Shown here: positions 10,491-20,782 of the stretch, one piece after another
Position numbering within the stretch: the stretch's first letter is position 1
How the letters are laid out: every line of letters begins with the position of its first letter
Made by a program: the position numbers and the translations under genes
Notes under the pieces: model-generated
Seen by the model: the letters and a program-made list of their open reading frames with translations, nothing else
What the model was told of the DNA's origin: nothing
Databases searched by the model: none
Assembly (NCBI GenBank): GCA_965219995.1
Contig: CBDCOX010000002.1
Coordinates: forward strand, 2,272,001-2,336,000
DNA length: 64,000 bases
Direction: 5' to 3'
DNA from: Candidatus Latescibacterota bacterium
GTDB taxonomy: Bacteria; Latescibacterota; UBA2968; GCA-2709665

Positions 10491-13226
10491 TCATCGAAAC
10501 AGCCCCGAGTACTTGAAGGTCATGATGTAGTCCTGCGAGCCCTGCCTCTTTGCCACGGGCCGGTTGTCGTAAATATCCCACCCGAAGCCGAAGAGAAACT
10601 GGTCCTTGTAAAAGGAGACGGCGACACCCATAGAAATGGCCAGCGAGTTTTCCGTTGAAAGGGCTTCAAGGACGTTGCCGATTGCGGTCAGATGGATTCC
10701 GGAGATCGAAGGGTTATCCACGTTGTGCCATCCGGCAAAAGCCAGTCCGGGCAGGCCGATCAGGCGTTCGGTTTTGCCGCGGACCGGGTTGCCGTCGTCG
10801 TCTGTATAATTGCGTCCCGGGCGAATCGTCAGAAACGAAAACAGCGGCCTGGCTTCCAGTTCCCACTTCCAGCCCCCGGCTTCCAGAATCTGCGACACGC
10901 TCTGCGGCGCGGCGTTTCGGTAACTCCGGGTTGTGATTCTGAGTCTCACCCGCCGATTCCTTTTTTCGGTCAGCAGGAGGTTGAGATCTTCGGCCCGGAC
11001 GCGGCCTCCGCTCGACTCGTAGATCGCGACCTTCTTCCTTTTCGTACTGCCTTCAGGGGCGTAGTTTTCGTCGAGACGGGTCCACTCGACGACCATTTCA
11101 CGTCCGATCAGCGCCCGACGCAACGAGTCGGGAATCACGAAGGCCACATCCACTTTGGTGCCGTCCTTTTGCACGACGGGGTCATTATTCCAGCCAACGG
11201 CCAGACGCTTCGCCTCTTCATCGCGCGAAACCAGGACCTCTGCAATCTGCGCGAGGTCGACGTCCCCAAGCACGCCGTGCCCTTTGTATTCCAGCGGCCG
11301 CGCCCGGTCCTTGAAGTCATTGCTGACCAGCCACACGGAACCCCGGCGCTCCCCCAGGGCATTGGGCGCAAAAAGGAGCGTGAGACGCGCGGAACCCCCC
11401 GGGGCGAGAGCGAATTGCGCCGGCTCGACACGGGCCTCCTTACTCTGCGGATGCGCTTCGACCTGCAACTCGGTATCGCCGACGTTCGTGGCCACGAAGG
11501 TTCTTTCCACGTCTTCTCCCAGGACCGCGTAGCCGAAATCGACGACTCCCGCCGGGTTCAATTCGATTTCGGCGCCCACCCCGATGCCCTTGAGCAGGAC
11601 GTCGAGCGCCATTTTCTCATTCGCCCCCAGACCGTCAATACGCAGGGTCCCTGAAATCGCTCCGCGGGCGGACGGACTGAAGGCCAGGTGCAACGGCAGT
11701 GCGCGCTGGCTGTGGGCAGGCAACAGGAACGTGTTGCCTGCGTCGACCGGGGAGTTGGCTGTGAATTCGGTACTCGTGACGCGAAGCTGGTGAATCTCGA
11801 AATCGGCATTGCCCTCATTGGTGATCTCGACGACCCGGGGGCTGCTTTCGCCAACGGCAACGCGTCCGAAGTCCACCGTTGCCGGACTGAGAGCGAAAAA
11901 CCGGCCTACGCCCTGCAAACGCACCGTCTGACGCCGGCCTTCGGCTTCTACGCGGAGTACTGCCTGGCGGGCGCCGGCTTCCCTGGGTGAGAAGTTCAGC
12001 ACGACCCGGGCGCCGGCGCCGGGCTGAATAAGGACGGAGTTCTGCGCAAGATCGAATTCGAGGCCCTCATCTCCCACGACAGAGACCTCAACGGCGCCCG
12101 GCCGGCCGCCCCGGTTCCACAGAAGCAAATGGTTGCGCGAGGCCTCCCCGATGGGCACACTGCCGAAGTCGATGTCTTCACTGATAATCTCGATTCGGGG
12201 CGGGCTGACGCGGCCCCGACCTGTGAGAGGGATGGAGACCGCATCAGCTTCCGGATCGCTGGTCTGCACGCGAAGGACGCCCGGTTGCGCCCCTGCGTTT
12301 TTCGGCGCAAAGGTCACGCTGAGGTCCAGCCGCTCCCCGGGAGCGACGCTGGACGTGGAGCCCGCGGCGCCGAGGACATAGGCCGCCCCCTCATCAATTC
12401 CGCCTTCAATGTCCATTGCGACCGGGCCATGGTTGAGGACGGTCACGCGGCGCATCGCGCGCTGCCCCACCTCAACGGCGCCAAAGTCGAGCCCCACCTG
12501 CGGGAGGGGCGAAAAAACCGCCCGCGGCGCCAGACCGCTCCCTCGCAATGGTATCGACCAATCCCCGAAAACGGACCCGGAAACCGCCATTTCCGCCGCG
12601 ACCGTTCCCGCGCGCGTTGGAACAAACGCAACCTCGATGCGCGCTTCAGCGCCGGGGGCAGGCCACGGACCGACGTCGCCCTCAACACGGAAGGGACCCT
12701 GCAGACGGGTAACATTCATCGGTCCGGCCGCTACGGGCGTGGCGCCGGTGTTCCTGACGACGACGATCGCCGTCGCCGCTTTTCCGATGGGAATCGCGCC
12801 GAAATCGAGCCCGGCCGACGGCAGGATCACCACGCTCGTTGGAACGACCACCGCCTGGAGAGGAACAGACACGCTCTGGCCCACGAACAGGGAGGCAACC
12901 CGCAACGTAAGTTCGCCCGAGTACCGACCAGCCGCACTTGCACTGAAGCGGACGTCGATCCGGCTGGCGCCCCTCGCATCCAGGCGCAGCGTGTCCGCGT
13001 TTGTGGCAAAACCGTTTCCGCTGATGCCGACGATCACTTTGATCGCTTCCTCTTGCAGGTTTTCGAAATCAACGGACGCACTGGCTTCGAAGCCAACGCC
13101 GACTTCGCCCAGATCGAGCGCATCAGGGACGATGGCGAAGGGCCGTGCGTGACCTCTTGCTGTCAGGAAGAGCGAAGCAATCAACAGAAGAATAGAGCAG
13201 CGAGTTACACGCCAGAATGCCGACAT
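10491..13226 (-). CDS. Secreted multi-Ig protein (choice-of-anchor D / ASH-like repeats)
   Basis: Signal peptide; about six repeats of DFG.V..G......V.N.G ... F.P...G...G.L. Confidence 0.8.
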   Translation of the reverse strand: MSAFWRVTRCSILLLIASLFLTARGHARPFAIVPDALDLGEVGVGFEASASVDFENLQEEAIKVIVGISGNGFATNADTLRLDARGASRIDVRFSASAAGRYSGELTLRVASLFVGQSVSVPLQAVVVPTSVVILPSAGLDFGAIPIGKAATAIVVVRNTGATPVAAGPMNVTRLQGPFRVEGDVGPWPAPGAEARIEVAFVPTRAGTVAAEMAVSGSVFGDWSIPLRGSGLAPRAVFSPLPQVGLDFGAVEVGQRAMRRVTVLNHGPVAMDIEGGIDEGAAYVLGAAGSTSSVAPGERLDLSVTFAPKNAGAQPGVLRVQTSDPEADAVSIPLTGRGRVSPPRIEIISEDIDFGSVPIGEASRNHLLLWNRGGRPGAVEVSVVGDEGLEFDLAQNSVLIQPGAGARVVLNFSPREAGARQAVLRVEAEGRRQTVRLQGVGRFFALSPATVDFGRVAVGESSPRVVEITNEGNADFEIHQLRVTSTEFTANSPVDAGNTFLLPAHSQRALPLHLAFSPSARGAISGTLRIDGLGANEKMALDVLLKGIGVGAEIELNPAGVVDFGYAVLGEDVERTFVATNVGDTELQVEAHPQSKEARVEPAQFALAPGGSARLTLLFAPNALGERRGSVWLVSNDFKDRARPLEYKGHGVLGDVDLAQIAEVLVSRDEEAKRLAVGWNNDPVVQKDGTKVDVAFVIPDSLRRALIGREMVVEWTRLDENYAPEGSTKRKKVAIYESSGGRVRAEDLNLLLTEKRNRRVRLRITTRSYRNAAPQSVSQILEAGGWKWELEARPLFSFLTIRPGRNYTDDDGNPVRGKTERLIGLPGLAFAGWHNVDNPSISGIHLTAIGNVLEALSTENSLAISMGVAVSFYKDQFLFGFGWDIYDNRPVAKRQGSQDYIMTFKYSGLFR

Positions 13227-13817
13227 ACATACGCCCCCGAAACCTGCCGTGTCTTGTAGATGGGATCCGATTCAAGCCCCCGACGAGCCGTGAACGCCGG
13301 CTCGTAACGTGACGAACCGATTCGCTTTGGCCAACGAGAGTTATGTCACGGGATCTCGACGCACACCGCCACGTCGATAGCAATATACAAAAGGGGGGCG
13401 CGGGATTCAATCCGTTCCCGCCTTCGAAAGGCGTCGTGCCGGGATGCGATGTGCAGTCCGCTGGCGAACCCGTCTTCCGTTCCCCCACCGGAGGCGATGG
13501 GTGCCTGAAATCCGGTCCGAGAGATGTCGCCCATGTTCACAAGTGTGACGATACACAACAGCCTCGCTGACCCAATGGAAATCATTACTTATTGTTAATC
13601 CTTATGTTATGCTTTTGGCACGGTGGTTGCTTTTCCATTCTGCGGAAGGGACGATCACTCAGCAACGACAACCCACTTTCCAAATGCGAAATCGCTCAAC
13701 CGATTGAATTCTGAAATCGACGGATCTTCGGGAAAGTCGCTTAAGACAAAGGCGCGTACGTGTCTCACGTGCGGACTGTCGCCGGGAGGATGCAAACCCT
13801 ACAGATTGGAGGACACC

Positions 13818-14483
13818 ATGCGTATTCTGTTCATATCCCTTTCGCTGGCGATTGCCACAATTCAATCCGTACAGGCACAGCCGGCAGACGTCGCAAGTCA
13901 TGTTGCGGCGCTCAAAGGCGAGACGTTCTGGATCAGGATTGCTTTTGTGGAGGTGAATGACGGGATTCGGGGCATCGATGCCGCAAACGTTCTGGAGAAT
14001 GGAGAGGTTTCATACCGCGCGACATTGGGCGGGTTTCGGCAGTCCCAATCCCAGTCGGCAGAGGATTTCGCCGAAGAAGCCCGGAATATCATTACGAGGG
14101 ATGACCTTGCCGGGTGGAGCGTGCGGGTGATCCAGAGGGGCGCGAAGGTCAGAATCCGAAAAGCGGAGGCGAAGGAGAAAGAGGTCTATATTGAACTGGA
14201 TAAACTGTCAGGCGCCCGCCATGCCGTCCGCCTCAAAGTCAATAGAGACAATTACACAATTGCAGAAGTCGAGCGTCTCTTCGGTGTCGCCTTTGCAGCA
14301 AGCGAAGCGGAATTGGCGGGTCCGGATGAAACCGTTCTGCTTACACTGAACATGTCCATTGAAGAAGTGATCGCACGGAAGGGGAATCCCGGGACGCGCG
14401 TTGAGCTCGGCGACAAGACCGTTCTCGCTTATGACGACGTAAAACTGATATTCGGAGACGGAAAGCTGGTGGATGCGGAGTAG
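13818..14483 (+). CDS. Hypothetical secreted protein
   Basis: GGAGG RBS; signal peptide MRILFISLSLAIATIQSVQA; SmpA/BamE-like C-terminal pattern. Confidence 0.65.
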   Translation: MRILFISLSLAIATIQSVQAQPADVASHVAALKGETFWIRIAFVEVNDGIRGIDAANVLENGEVSYRATLGGFRQSQSQSAEDFAEEARNIITRDDLAGWSVRVIQRGAKVRIRKAEAKEKEVYIELDKLSGARHAVRLKVNRDNYTIAEVERLFGVAFAASEAELAGPDETVLLTLNMSIEEVIARKGNPGTRVELGDKTVLAYDDVKLIFGDGKLVDAE

Positions 14484-14508
14484 GGTCGACCGGCCGGTCG
14501 CCTCCACA
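14480..14508 (+). repeat. GTAG-type REP element
   Basis: GTAGGGTCGACCGGCCGGTCGCC; relatives at 23211, 45296, 45349 and 46881. Confidence 0.65.
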
Positions 14509-14872
14509 GGTGCCTGTCCGCGGTCACGCCGTCAATCCGGCATCAATCAGACCACGATTCTGGCGACAATCACGAAGTCCGGAAGGCTCCCGAGCACGAT
14601 GCCGCGATTGCGGTGCACGCCGGAGGCTGGCTCCAGGACACCGCCAAGTCGGGGATGTCCGGGAGGCGGTTGGATTTGTTGCGATCCTTGTTCTGATGGA
14701 AAAATCTCACCTGGATTGGCAGGTATCCTGGCCAGCCCTGACCCTTTCGAACCACTTCATTGCGACCAATTGAAATCTCCAATTGGTAAGTTGAGATCCA
14801 TAGCGCAAAGCCCTGCCGAATTGCGACAGGGCTGAGAAATATCCAGATTTAAAACTGACTGTGGGCGACAAG

Positions 14873-15106
14873 CTAAAAGAGATTCATAAATTCGTCCCGT
14901 GGTATATTTGCCTGTCGAAGTATCTTGCTCAAATTGCCAGCAGCCAATTCGGAATGGTCCGGAACAACTGCAATATCGTCCTCGCTATCAGGTAATGAAC
15001 GTCGATAAATCAGGTGCCCGCTATTTTCTCGTACAAAACGAAACCCGAGTTTCGATATCATCTTACCAGACTGTTGTCCAGAAATGTCTCGAGGTAGTTT
15101 AGGCAA
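14873..15106 (-). CDS. hicA: HicA-family toxin
   Basis: MPKLP..ISG..LGFRFVRENSGHLIY...VVPDHSELAAGNLSKILRQA. Confidence 0.85.
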   Translation of the reverse strand: MPKLPRDISGQQSGKMISKLGFRFVRENSGHLIYRRSLPDSEDDIAVVPDHSELAAGNLSKILRQANIPRDEFMNLF

Positions 15107-15284
15107 CCTGAAATACCGGATCTTTTTCTTCCAAATACAGAATCGTGGCGCTCTTAAGATTGATCAACGCCTCCGATTGTGTCTTCCCCTGGCTTACCGT
15201 CCCCAATTCGGGACAATAAGCGACAAACCATTTATCCTCCTGGGTTATCTCCGCCGTGAGCCGCCCGCAATTGATGTTTGACAT
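15099..15284 (-). CDS. hicB: Short HicB-family antitoxin
   Basis: WFVAYCPELGTVSQGKTQSEALINLKSA; AAGGAG RBS; overlaps hicA. Confidence 0.85.
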   Translation of the reverse strand: MSNINCGRLTAEITQEDKWFVAYCPELGTVSQGKTQSEALINLKSATILYLEEKDPVFQVA

Positions 15285-15632
15285 AGGTAGCTCCTTTTTT
15301 ATTGTCTGATCCGGGGGATGCGCTCGTTCCAAAGCCAAACTGCTTCCTCATCAATAAATATCCGCGGATATGCTTACGTCCTTGGAAAAGCGCCACGAAT
15401 CAGGTGTGATCGGGGGAGCATTACTCGGTTGTTTTACAATATATAGTATCCATGTCCGATAGACAATATAGAACATGCTTCTACGCAATACCCGTATTCT
15501 TCAAGAATCGGTTTCATCTGTACCCCCGATAACGACTCTTAAACAACGGCGGATAATTCCACGACTCACGCTTCTTTCTCCGCCCGGGCACGCCATATTT
15601 TTCTACGACACCGGCTTCAGCCGCGGCCTACA

Positions 15633-16184
15633 CTATTCATCTTCCCGGATCCTGGCCAGCGCCTCCCGCGCAGCATCCGCCATGAAACCCGGAGAATCCT
15701 CGAAATTCTCGCGAATCCATTCGAGATACCTTACCGCGCGCTTCTCCTGGAACTCACCGAGTTGCCGGATGATCGTCTCCCCGAGACCCGTGCCGATAGG
15801 ATATCGATCCCTGACCATGTGCTCGAGAATGCTCGCAAGAAGGCTCAGCAGGTGTTGGCGAATCTCCTCCGAATCCGGTGAGGGTTTCCAGACGTAGCGC
15901 GGGTTTTCCCGACTTACCAACACGTCGGGTTGACCGGCCTCAACGCGCCGTTCCTGTTCCCATCCGCCGTGGCGCATCACCGGTCCGATGGGGATGGGGT
16001 CGCGATCGGGCCGGCGATGCGGATGGTTTGCGCAATAGGTGTAGAAGGGGTTCTCTATCGCGACGTCCCTGATCTCGCAATAGGGCGGTATGCTTCTGTC
16101 CGCGTGTTCCAACCAGTCACGTTCACCCCGGTTTGTTCTATTGAACCAACAGGTTCCGCAACAGTCGGATCCTCCATTCGGCAT
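15633..16184 (-). CDS. Hypothetical protein with Cys-rich N-terminus and HEAT-like C-terminus
   Basis: CCGTCWFN...YC..YCANH; RBS GGAAGGAAGG. Confidence 0.7.
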   Translation of the reverse strand: MPNGGSDCCGTCWFNRTNRGERDWLEHADRSIPPYCEIRDVAIENPFYTYCANHPHRRPDRDPIPIGPVMRHGGWEQERRVEAGQPDVLVSRENPRYVWKPSPDSEEIRQHLLSLLASILEHMVRDRYPIGTGLGETIIRQLGEFQEKRAVRYLEWIRENFEDSPGFMADAAREALARIREDE

Positions 16185-16256
16185 CGCTCAACCTTCCTTC
16201 CGGTTGTACTTCTGCACTCCTCCCGCGACCGGTCCCGAGGAAACGACGGCGTCGGC

Positions 16257-16400
16257 GATCCGGAAAGGGCTTGCGCCTGCGTCGAGGTACCGCACGAGGA
16301 ATACACCAGGGATAGCAATAGGCCGGCCCTTCTGCTTGCGCTCAAGGAGGTTGCGACCGCAAGAGGCGGACCGGCAAAATCGGCGCGGCGGGCGAATCAG
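16257..16400 (+). pseudogene. Decayed fragment of addiction-module antidote gene (paralog of 22903-23214)
   Basis: DPERACACVE...RPALLLALKEVATARGG aligns with HPDRARAYLE...RSALLFALKDVATAKGG. Confidence 0.7.
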
Positions 16401-16408
16401 ATTTCCCT

Positions 16409-17539
16409 TCATTCAAAGAACTGAAGTTCTCCATCCCTGACGACCATTATGATCTGGTCATACAGCGCATCTCCGTCAGGATCGAAAGAGAACGCGCCGG
16501 ACTTGCCCAGAATTGTGGGAAAATCCGTCTTTGCGAGTGCGTCCCGAATGGCGGTCGGATGTGTCGATCGTGCTGCCTTGATTGCATTGGCGAGCACATA
16601 TAGGGTTGCATACGACTGTGCCGCCCACGGTTCAGGTTCAAACCCGAATTTCGCCCGATAGTTCCGAACGAAGGATTGGTTTCCGGGGGCGTGAGAACTG
16701 CTCGACCATCCGATAAAACCTATTGTTCCCTCGGCGCCACCACCCGCCTTTTCGACTTCATCCATGGTTAAATCCGGAGCGATAATCTGAATCGTGTCGG
16801 GGAAACCGACCTCGGGTGTTTGGGCGAGAATCCCCGCTATTTCCTGTGAAAGTGCGGAGACGAAAAGTGCGTCCGGCGCCATCGCCATTATGTTGGCCAA
16901 TTGCTGAGAAAAATCGGTATCGCCGGTGTGGAAGGTTTCCTCGATCAGAATCTCGACGCCGTTTGCCTCAAGCACGGTTCGCAGCATTTCATTGCTGCTT
17001 CTGGCGTAGACATCAGTCTCATCATATATCGTTGCCACTTTTTTGTAGCCGAGTTTCTTCTGAGTCTCCGTCACACCACTGGGAACGCTTATGTTCACGG
17101 CGAGACTGGTGCGGAAGACATAATCCCCGATCCCGCTCAATCCTGCAGCGGAGGAGACCGAACTGAATGCGATGACTTCATTCTCCTGCGCAATTGGAGC
17201 AGCCTCCTTCAGATGCGTCGAGATAGCAAGCCCGACGATGGCGGAAACGCCCTGGTCTGCCAGGCGCCGCACAGCTTCTTTCGCGCCGTCCGCACTGCTC
17301 CGATCATCCACAGTGATAAACGTGAGATTCACAGCGCCGCGGTTGTTGATCTCTTCTCGCGCCAATTCAAACCCCCGTTGCATCGGGAGACCATACGGTT
17401 CGGCATGTTTCCCTGTCAGTGCCACGACAACACCGATCGGGACTTGCCCATTTATCATCCGCGTGTCTTCGCCACAACCGGCGAGACAAAGTGCGAGCAG
17501 GGCAAAGGCGAGGAAGCCTGTTCGTTTGCGTTTTTGAAT
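16409..17539 (-). CDS. Branched-chain amino acid ABC substrate-binding lipoprotein (LivJ/K-like); apparent ATT start
   Basis: IGVVVALTG..YG, GDYVFR, GDTDFSQQL, AAQSY; in-frame signal peptide with lipobox LAGC upstream of the called Met. Confidence 0.85.
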   Translation of the reverse strand: MQKRKRTGFLAFALLALCLAGCGEDTRMINGQVPIGVVVALTGKHAEPYGLPMQRGFELAREEINNRGAVNLTFITVDDRSSADGAKEAVRRLADQGVSAIVGLAISTHLKEAAPIAQENEVIAFSSVSSAAGLSGIGDYVFRTSLAVNISVPSGVTETQKKLGYKKVATIYDETDVYARSSNEMLRTVLEANGVEILIEETFHTGDTDFSQQLANIMAMAPDALFVSALSQEIAGILAQTPEVGFPDTIQIIAPDLTMDEVEKAGGGAEGTIGFIGWSSSSHAPGNQSFVRNYRAKFGFEPEPWAAQSYATLYVLANAIKAARSTHPTAIRDALAKTDFPTILGKSGAFSFDPDGDALYDQIIMVVRDGELQFFE

Positions 17540-17667
17540 GGTCGTTCTCCTTTCGCAAGGCGAAATACATTCGACAAAGCGGTAGTCGATGTCGCCAGTA
17601 AGTGCCGCCAGGCGCCGGTTTCCATCGGGTCAGGCCGGCATTGTCCTCGTGGTCTCAGTATTCCCGA

Positions 17668-18939
17668 CTAATTCTGCCCCGTCATGTCCAAACAGACCAT
17701 TTCCTTCTCATTTCGCGCATAGAGTCTGCCGTTGGCAAGCGCCGGCATCGTCCAACACAATCCGCTCAGCACCTCCGCGCTCGCAATTTCACGATAAGCT
17801 TTGGGTGTCGCCTCGACCAACCCCAACTTGCCGCGGTCACCGAGAATAATCAGATGGTCATCCGCAAGCATGAGCGTGCCCTCACCGAATCCGCGAGTTT
17901 TCCATTTTTCGGCGCCGGTATTTGCATCGATACATTTCAAAATCGTATTGTGAAAGCCGTAAAGGTGATTGCCATGCAAAACCGAAGTGGACAACCGATT
18001 CTGGAATTTTTTATTCCTCCAAACCTCCTCAACCTCCATCCGGTCTTTCTCTCCTCCATTGTTCAGGTCGCCGGATTCACGAGCGTTCATTACGTTGACC
18101 TGTACGACCGCCGCTCCACTTCCGTACCCTGATGAGATGTAAATCCTGTCCGGCGCAATGAAAATGGGAGTGGCGGCGTGAACGTCAAACCGTCCGGTTC
18201 GCCACGGATAGCTCCAGAGCATCTCTCCATCGTCGATAGATAAAGAGAGCAGCCCAAGACCGGCGAAGACAATGAGTTGTCGGACCCCGCCAATTGTAAC
18301 GCTGATCGGCGAAGCATATCCAAGTTTGTCCGTGTGGGAACTCCAGAGGACATCACCATTCGTCTTATCGAAAGCCACAATAAACTTTCCATTGTTGCCG
18401 CCGACCTCAACGAGCAACAGATTGCCTTCCACCAATGGCGAAGAGCTGAACCCCCACTTCGGCATGTAGCTTTTGAAGTCTTTGATCAGATCGTAGGACC
18501 ATACCTTCTTTCCACTCACACTGCTTAGCGCGTAAAACCGACCCTTTGCGGACACCGTAAAGAGGAGCTCCCCGTCGATTGTCGGCGTTGCACGCGGGCC
18601 GTTGCCTCCCTCGTACTCATAATATGTGCTGTCCGATCGAAACCGCCAAATCTCTTTCCCGTTGGAGGCATCGAGACAAATGACAAACTCACCATCTTCT
18701 TCCGAGAACATCGTATAGACACGTCCGCGGGCAACGGAAATACCGGAAAAACCCTCTCCGAGCGGCACTCTCCAAAGGACTCGAGGTCCGCCGTCGGGCC
18801 ACTCTTTCAGAAGTCCCGTCTGCCGGGAGATTCCGTCCCTGTTGGGCCCTCTCCACTGCGGCCAATCCGAAGCGCCTGCGACTGATACGCCGCCATAGAG
18901 CAGCAAACCTGTGATCAGAAACCCTGCAATTCTACTCAT
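17668..18939 (-). CDS. PQQ-binding-like beta-propeller protein
   Basis: Signal peptide; DWPQWRGPNRDG, GPRATPT, CWTMPALANGRLYARN. Confidence 0.88.
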   Translation of the reverse strand: MSRIAGFLITGLLLYGGVSVAGASDWPQWRGPNRDGISRQTGLLKEWPDGGPRVLWRVPLGEGFSGISVARGRVYTMFSEEDGEFVICLDASNGKEIWRFRSDSTYYEYEGGNGPRATPTIDGELLFTVSAKGRFYALSSVSGKKVWSYDLIKDFKSYMPKWGFSSSPLVEGNLLLVEVGGNNGKFIVAFDKTNGDVLWSSHTDKLGYASPISVTIGGVRQLIVFAGLGLLSLSIDDGEMLWSYPWRTGRFDVHAATPIFIAPDRIYISSGYGSGAAVVQVNVMNARESGDLNNGGEKDRMEVEEVWRNKKFQNRLSTSVLHGNHLYGFHNTILKCIDANTGAEKWKTRGFGEGTLMLADDHLIILGDRGKLGLVEATPKAYREIASAEVLSGLCWTMPALANGRLYARNEKEMVCLDMTGQN

Positions 18940-19033
18940 GAGCAATCCCCCCCGTTTCAACATCCCGGAACGTCGATGTGCGACGTCGCAGCGGACTTCC
19001 GCCTTTGATGATGATTTCAAGGAGTCATTTGAT

Positions 19034-19783
19034 TTACGTCTCATATAGAGTCTCGATTGGCCGATAGTCACTGGAAGCCGGAAGCCGGCGTTCGATCACT
19101 TCTCCATGCTCGACGCGCAGGGAGTACGCTCCCGCCACGGGACTGGCGGCGATGACCCTGTACCCGTCGGATGTAAACGCGACCGCGCAGTCGTTGTCGA
19201 TGGCCACGCCGTTCCCACGCCTTCGTTTCATCATGTCATGGAAGTCCCGCCTTCTTGGGACGCCGGCGGTGTCTCCGTTGTAGTGAGGACACGCCAGACC
19301 TCTCAACAACCCCATCCCGGAGACGGCTATGTAGCGCCAGTCGTCAGGCCTGTAGAACGACATCGAATCGCTGTGGCCCCGCTCGAACCAGCAGATCGCG
19401 CCCGCGCTCACGCCGCACAGCACCGCTCCCCCGGCGTACGCGGACCTGATCAGGTCATCGACCCCCAGCCGACGCCACCGGCGCATCATCTTCAGCGTGT
19501 TGCCGCCCCCGACGTAGATGATGTCCGCTCGCTCGATCTTCCCGGCAATCGCCTCGCGCGAAGGCGCGACACCCAGAAGGTAGAGCACGTCGGTATCACA
19601 GCCGTAGTTCTCACGATACGCCCGGTCGAACCCTTCCCAATACGCCACCGAGTCGCTGCTGGCCGTGGGAATGAACAGCGCGTTCGGACGCGACGCACCG
19701 GACAGCGCGATGATCTCGACGTCTATGGGGCGGGTTGCCAATGTTTCAAGGTCCCCTCCCCCTATCGCAACGATGCTGCCCAT
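19034..19783 (-). CDS. Peptidase E (family S51)
   Basis: IVAIGGG, FIPTAS, IYVGGGNT, GVSAGAICW, CPHY. Confidence 0.9.
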   Translation of the reverse strand: MGSIVAIGGGDLETLATRPIDVEIIALSGASRPNALFIPTASSDSVAYWEGFDRAYRENYGCDTDVLYLLGVAPSREAIAGKIERADIIYVGGGNTLKMMRRWRRLGVDDLIRSAYAGGAVLCGVSAGAICWFERGHSDSMSFYRPDDWRYIAVSGMGLLRGLACPHYNGDTAGVPRRRDFHDMMKRRRGNGVAIDNDCAVAFTSDGYRVIAASPVAGAYSLRVEHGEVIERRLPASSDYRPIETLYET

Positions 19784-20127
19784 GCCGTAAACCTCCACCG
19801 TCCACGACGGACGGATGCCGTCTCTGCCGGTCCGTCCGCTCCTGGTACGCATATACCTGCCCGTACATAATCCGTTTTGCTGACTGGTCACTGACACTGG
19901 CCACCGACCACTGCAGTCTCAAACCTTGTTCTGGTGGAAGATTCTCGCCGGGCAAGAAGCGGGCCTATTTAAAGGGGATTATCCAGAAAAGTGCCATAGT
20001 AGGTGGAGTTGGGCAGAAATCAATCGCCTACCGATTTGAAGAAAACAGCTTGACAGTGTGAACAAGCGTACATACTTTTTCGGAAAGATATGTAAAAGAC
20101 AACCGATATCTCTCTGGAGAGTGCGAC

Positions 20128-20730
20128 ATGGGCACTGCAGTTATGGATATGATGTCTGCGGCATACAGACCAGTACGGCAATTCATGGATGAACTGTCAC
20201 AGCCCTCTATGGAGGAAGAAATCCGCCAGGATATGGAGGAAGAAATCTACCAGGGCCTGCTGAAAGAAATGCGCCAGGGGCTTGAAGAAACGAACGAGCA
20301 TGTTTTGAAAGTAATAGCTGACTGGCGTGAGTTTTTGCAATTGCTTGAGCAGAACCCGCAAAATTACAAATCCATGTGTCGTGACGGCGATGTAGAGAAA
20401 GCAATCGCTGGCTTGGAGAAAACCGGGAAAAGAACACCCTCGGAAAATTGGACCTCAATCGGAAGATTGCTCAGTAAACTCGACACCGACACGTACGAAA
20501 AATTCAAGGTCGTGGATAAGAACGCAAGGATATGCAGTGCACTCCTTCGAGAGGTAAGTTGGAACCTGTTAATCTTGGATCGGGAACATAAACCAAGCAC
20601 CGGCCCTTCGTATTCCATTGACGAAGCAATTGCAAATCTGCGGAGCCAGTGTTCTGTCCCGGAAATAAGTTGCCAAAATTCAGCCGTCGAGTCGCCCGGC
20701 TCGCAAGGCGCCAGAGCGCAGGCGACCTAG
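20128..20730 (+). CDS. Hypothetical helical protein, candidate antitoxin
   Basis: RBS GGAGAG; lies directly upstream of a RelE-like gene; lower GC. Confidence 0.55.
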   Translation: MGTAVMDMMSAAYRPVRQFMDELSQPSMEEEIRQDMEEEIYQGLLKEMRQGLEETNEHVLKVIADWREFLQLLEQNPQNYKSMCRDGDVEKAIAGLEKTGKRTPSENWTSIGRLLSKLDTDTYEKFKVVDKNARICSALLREVSWNLLILDREHKPSTGPSYSIDEAIANLRSQCSVPEISCQNSAVESPGSQGARAQAT

Positions 20731-20782
20731 CCAGGTCGCCGAGCGAAGGCAACGCTGCGAGACGGGATGAATCGGCGGAAGA

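Noticed and set aside
12129-13259. Long antisense or alternate-frame ORFs (also 56788-58065, 58865-59887, 46777-47886)
   Set aside because: Shadow ORFs of GC-rich genes with no recognisable motifs
13230-13800. Long intergenic region with hairpins, possible riboswitch or ncRNA
   Set aside because: No recognisable family motif; divergent promoters are a sufficient explanation
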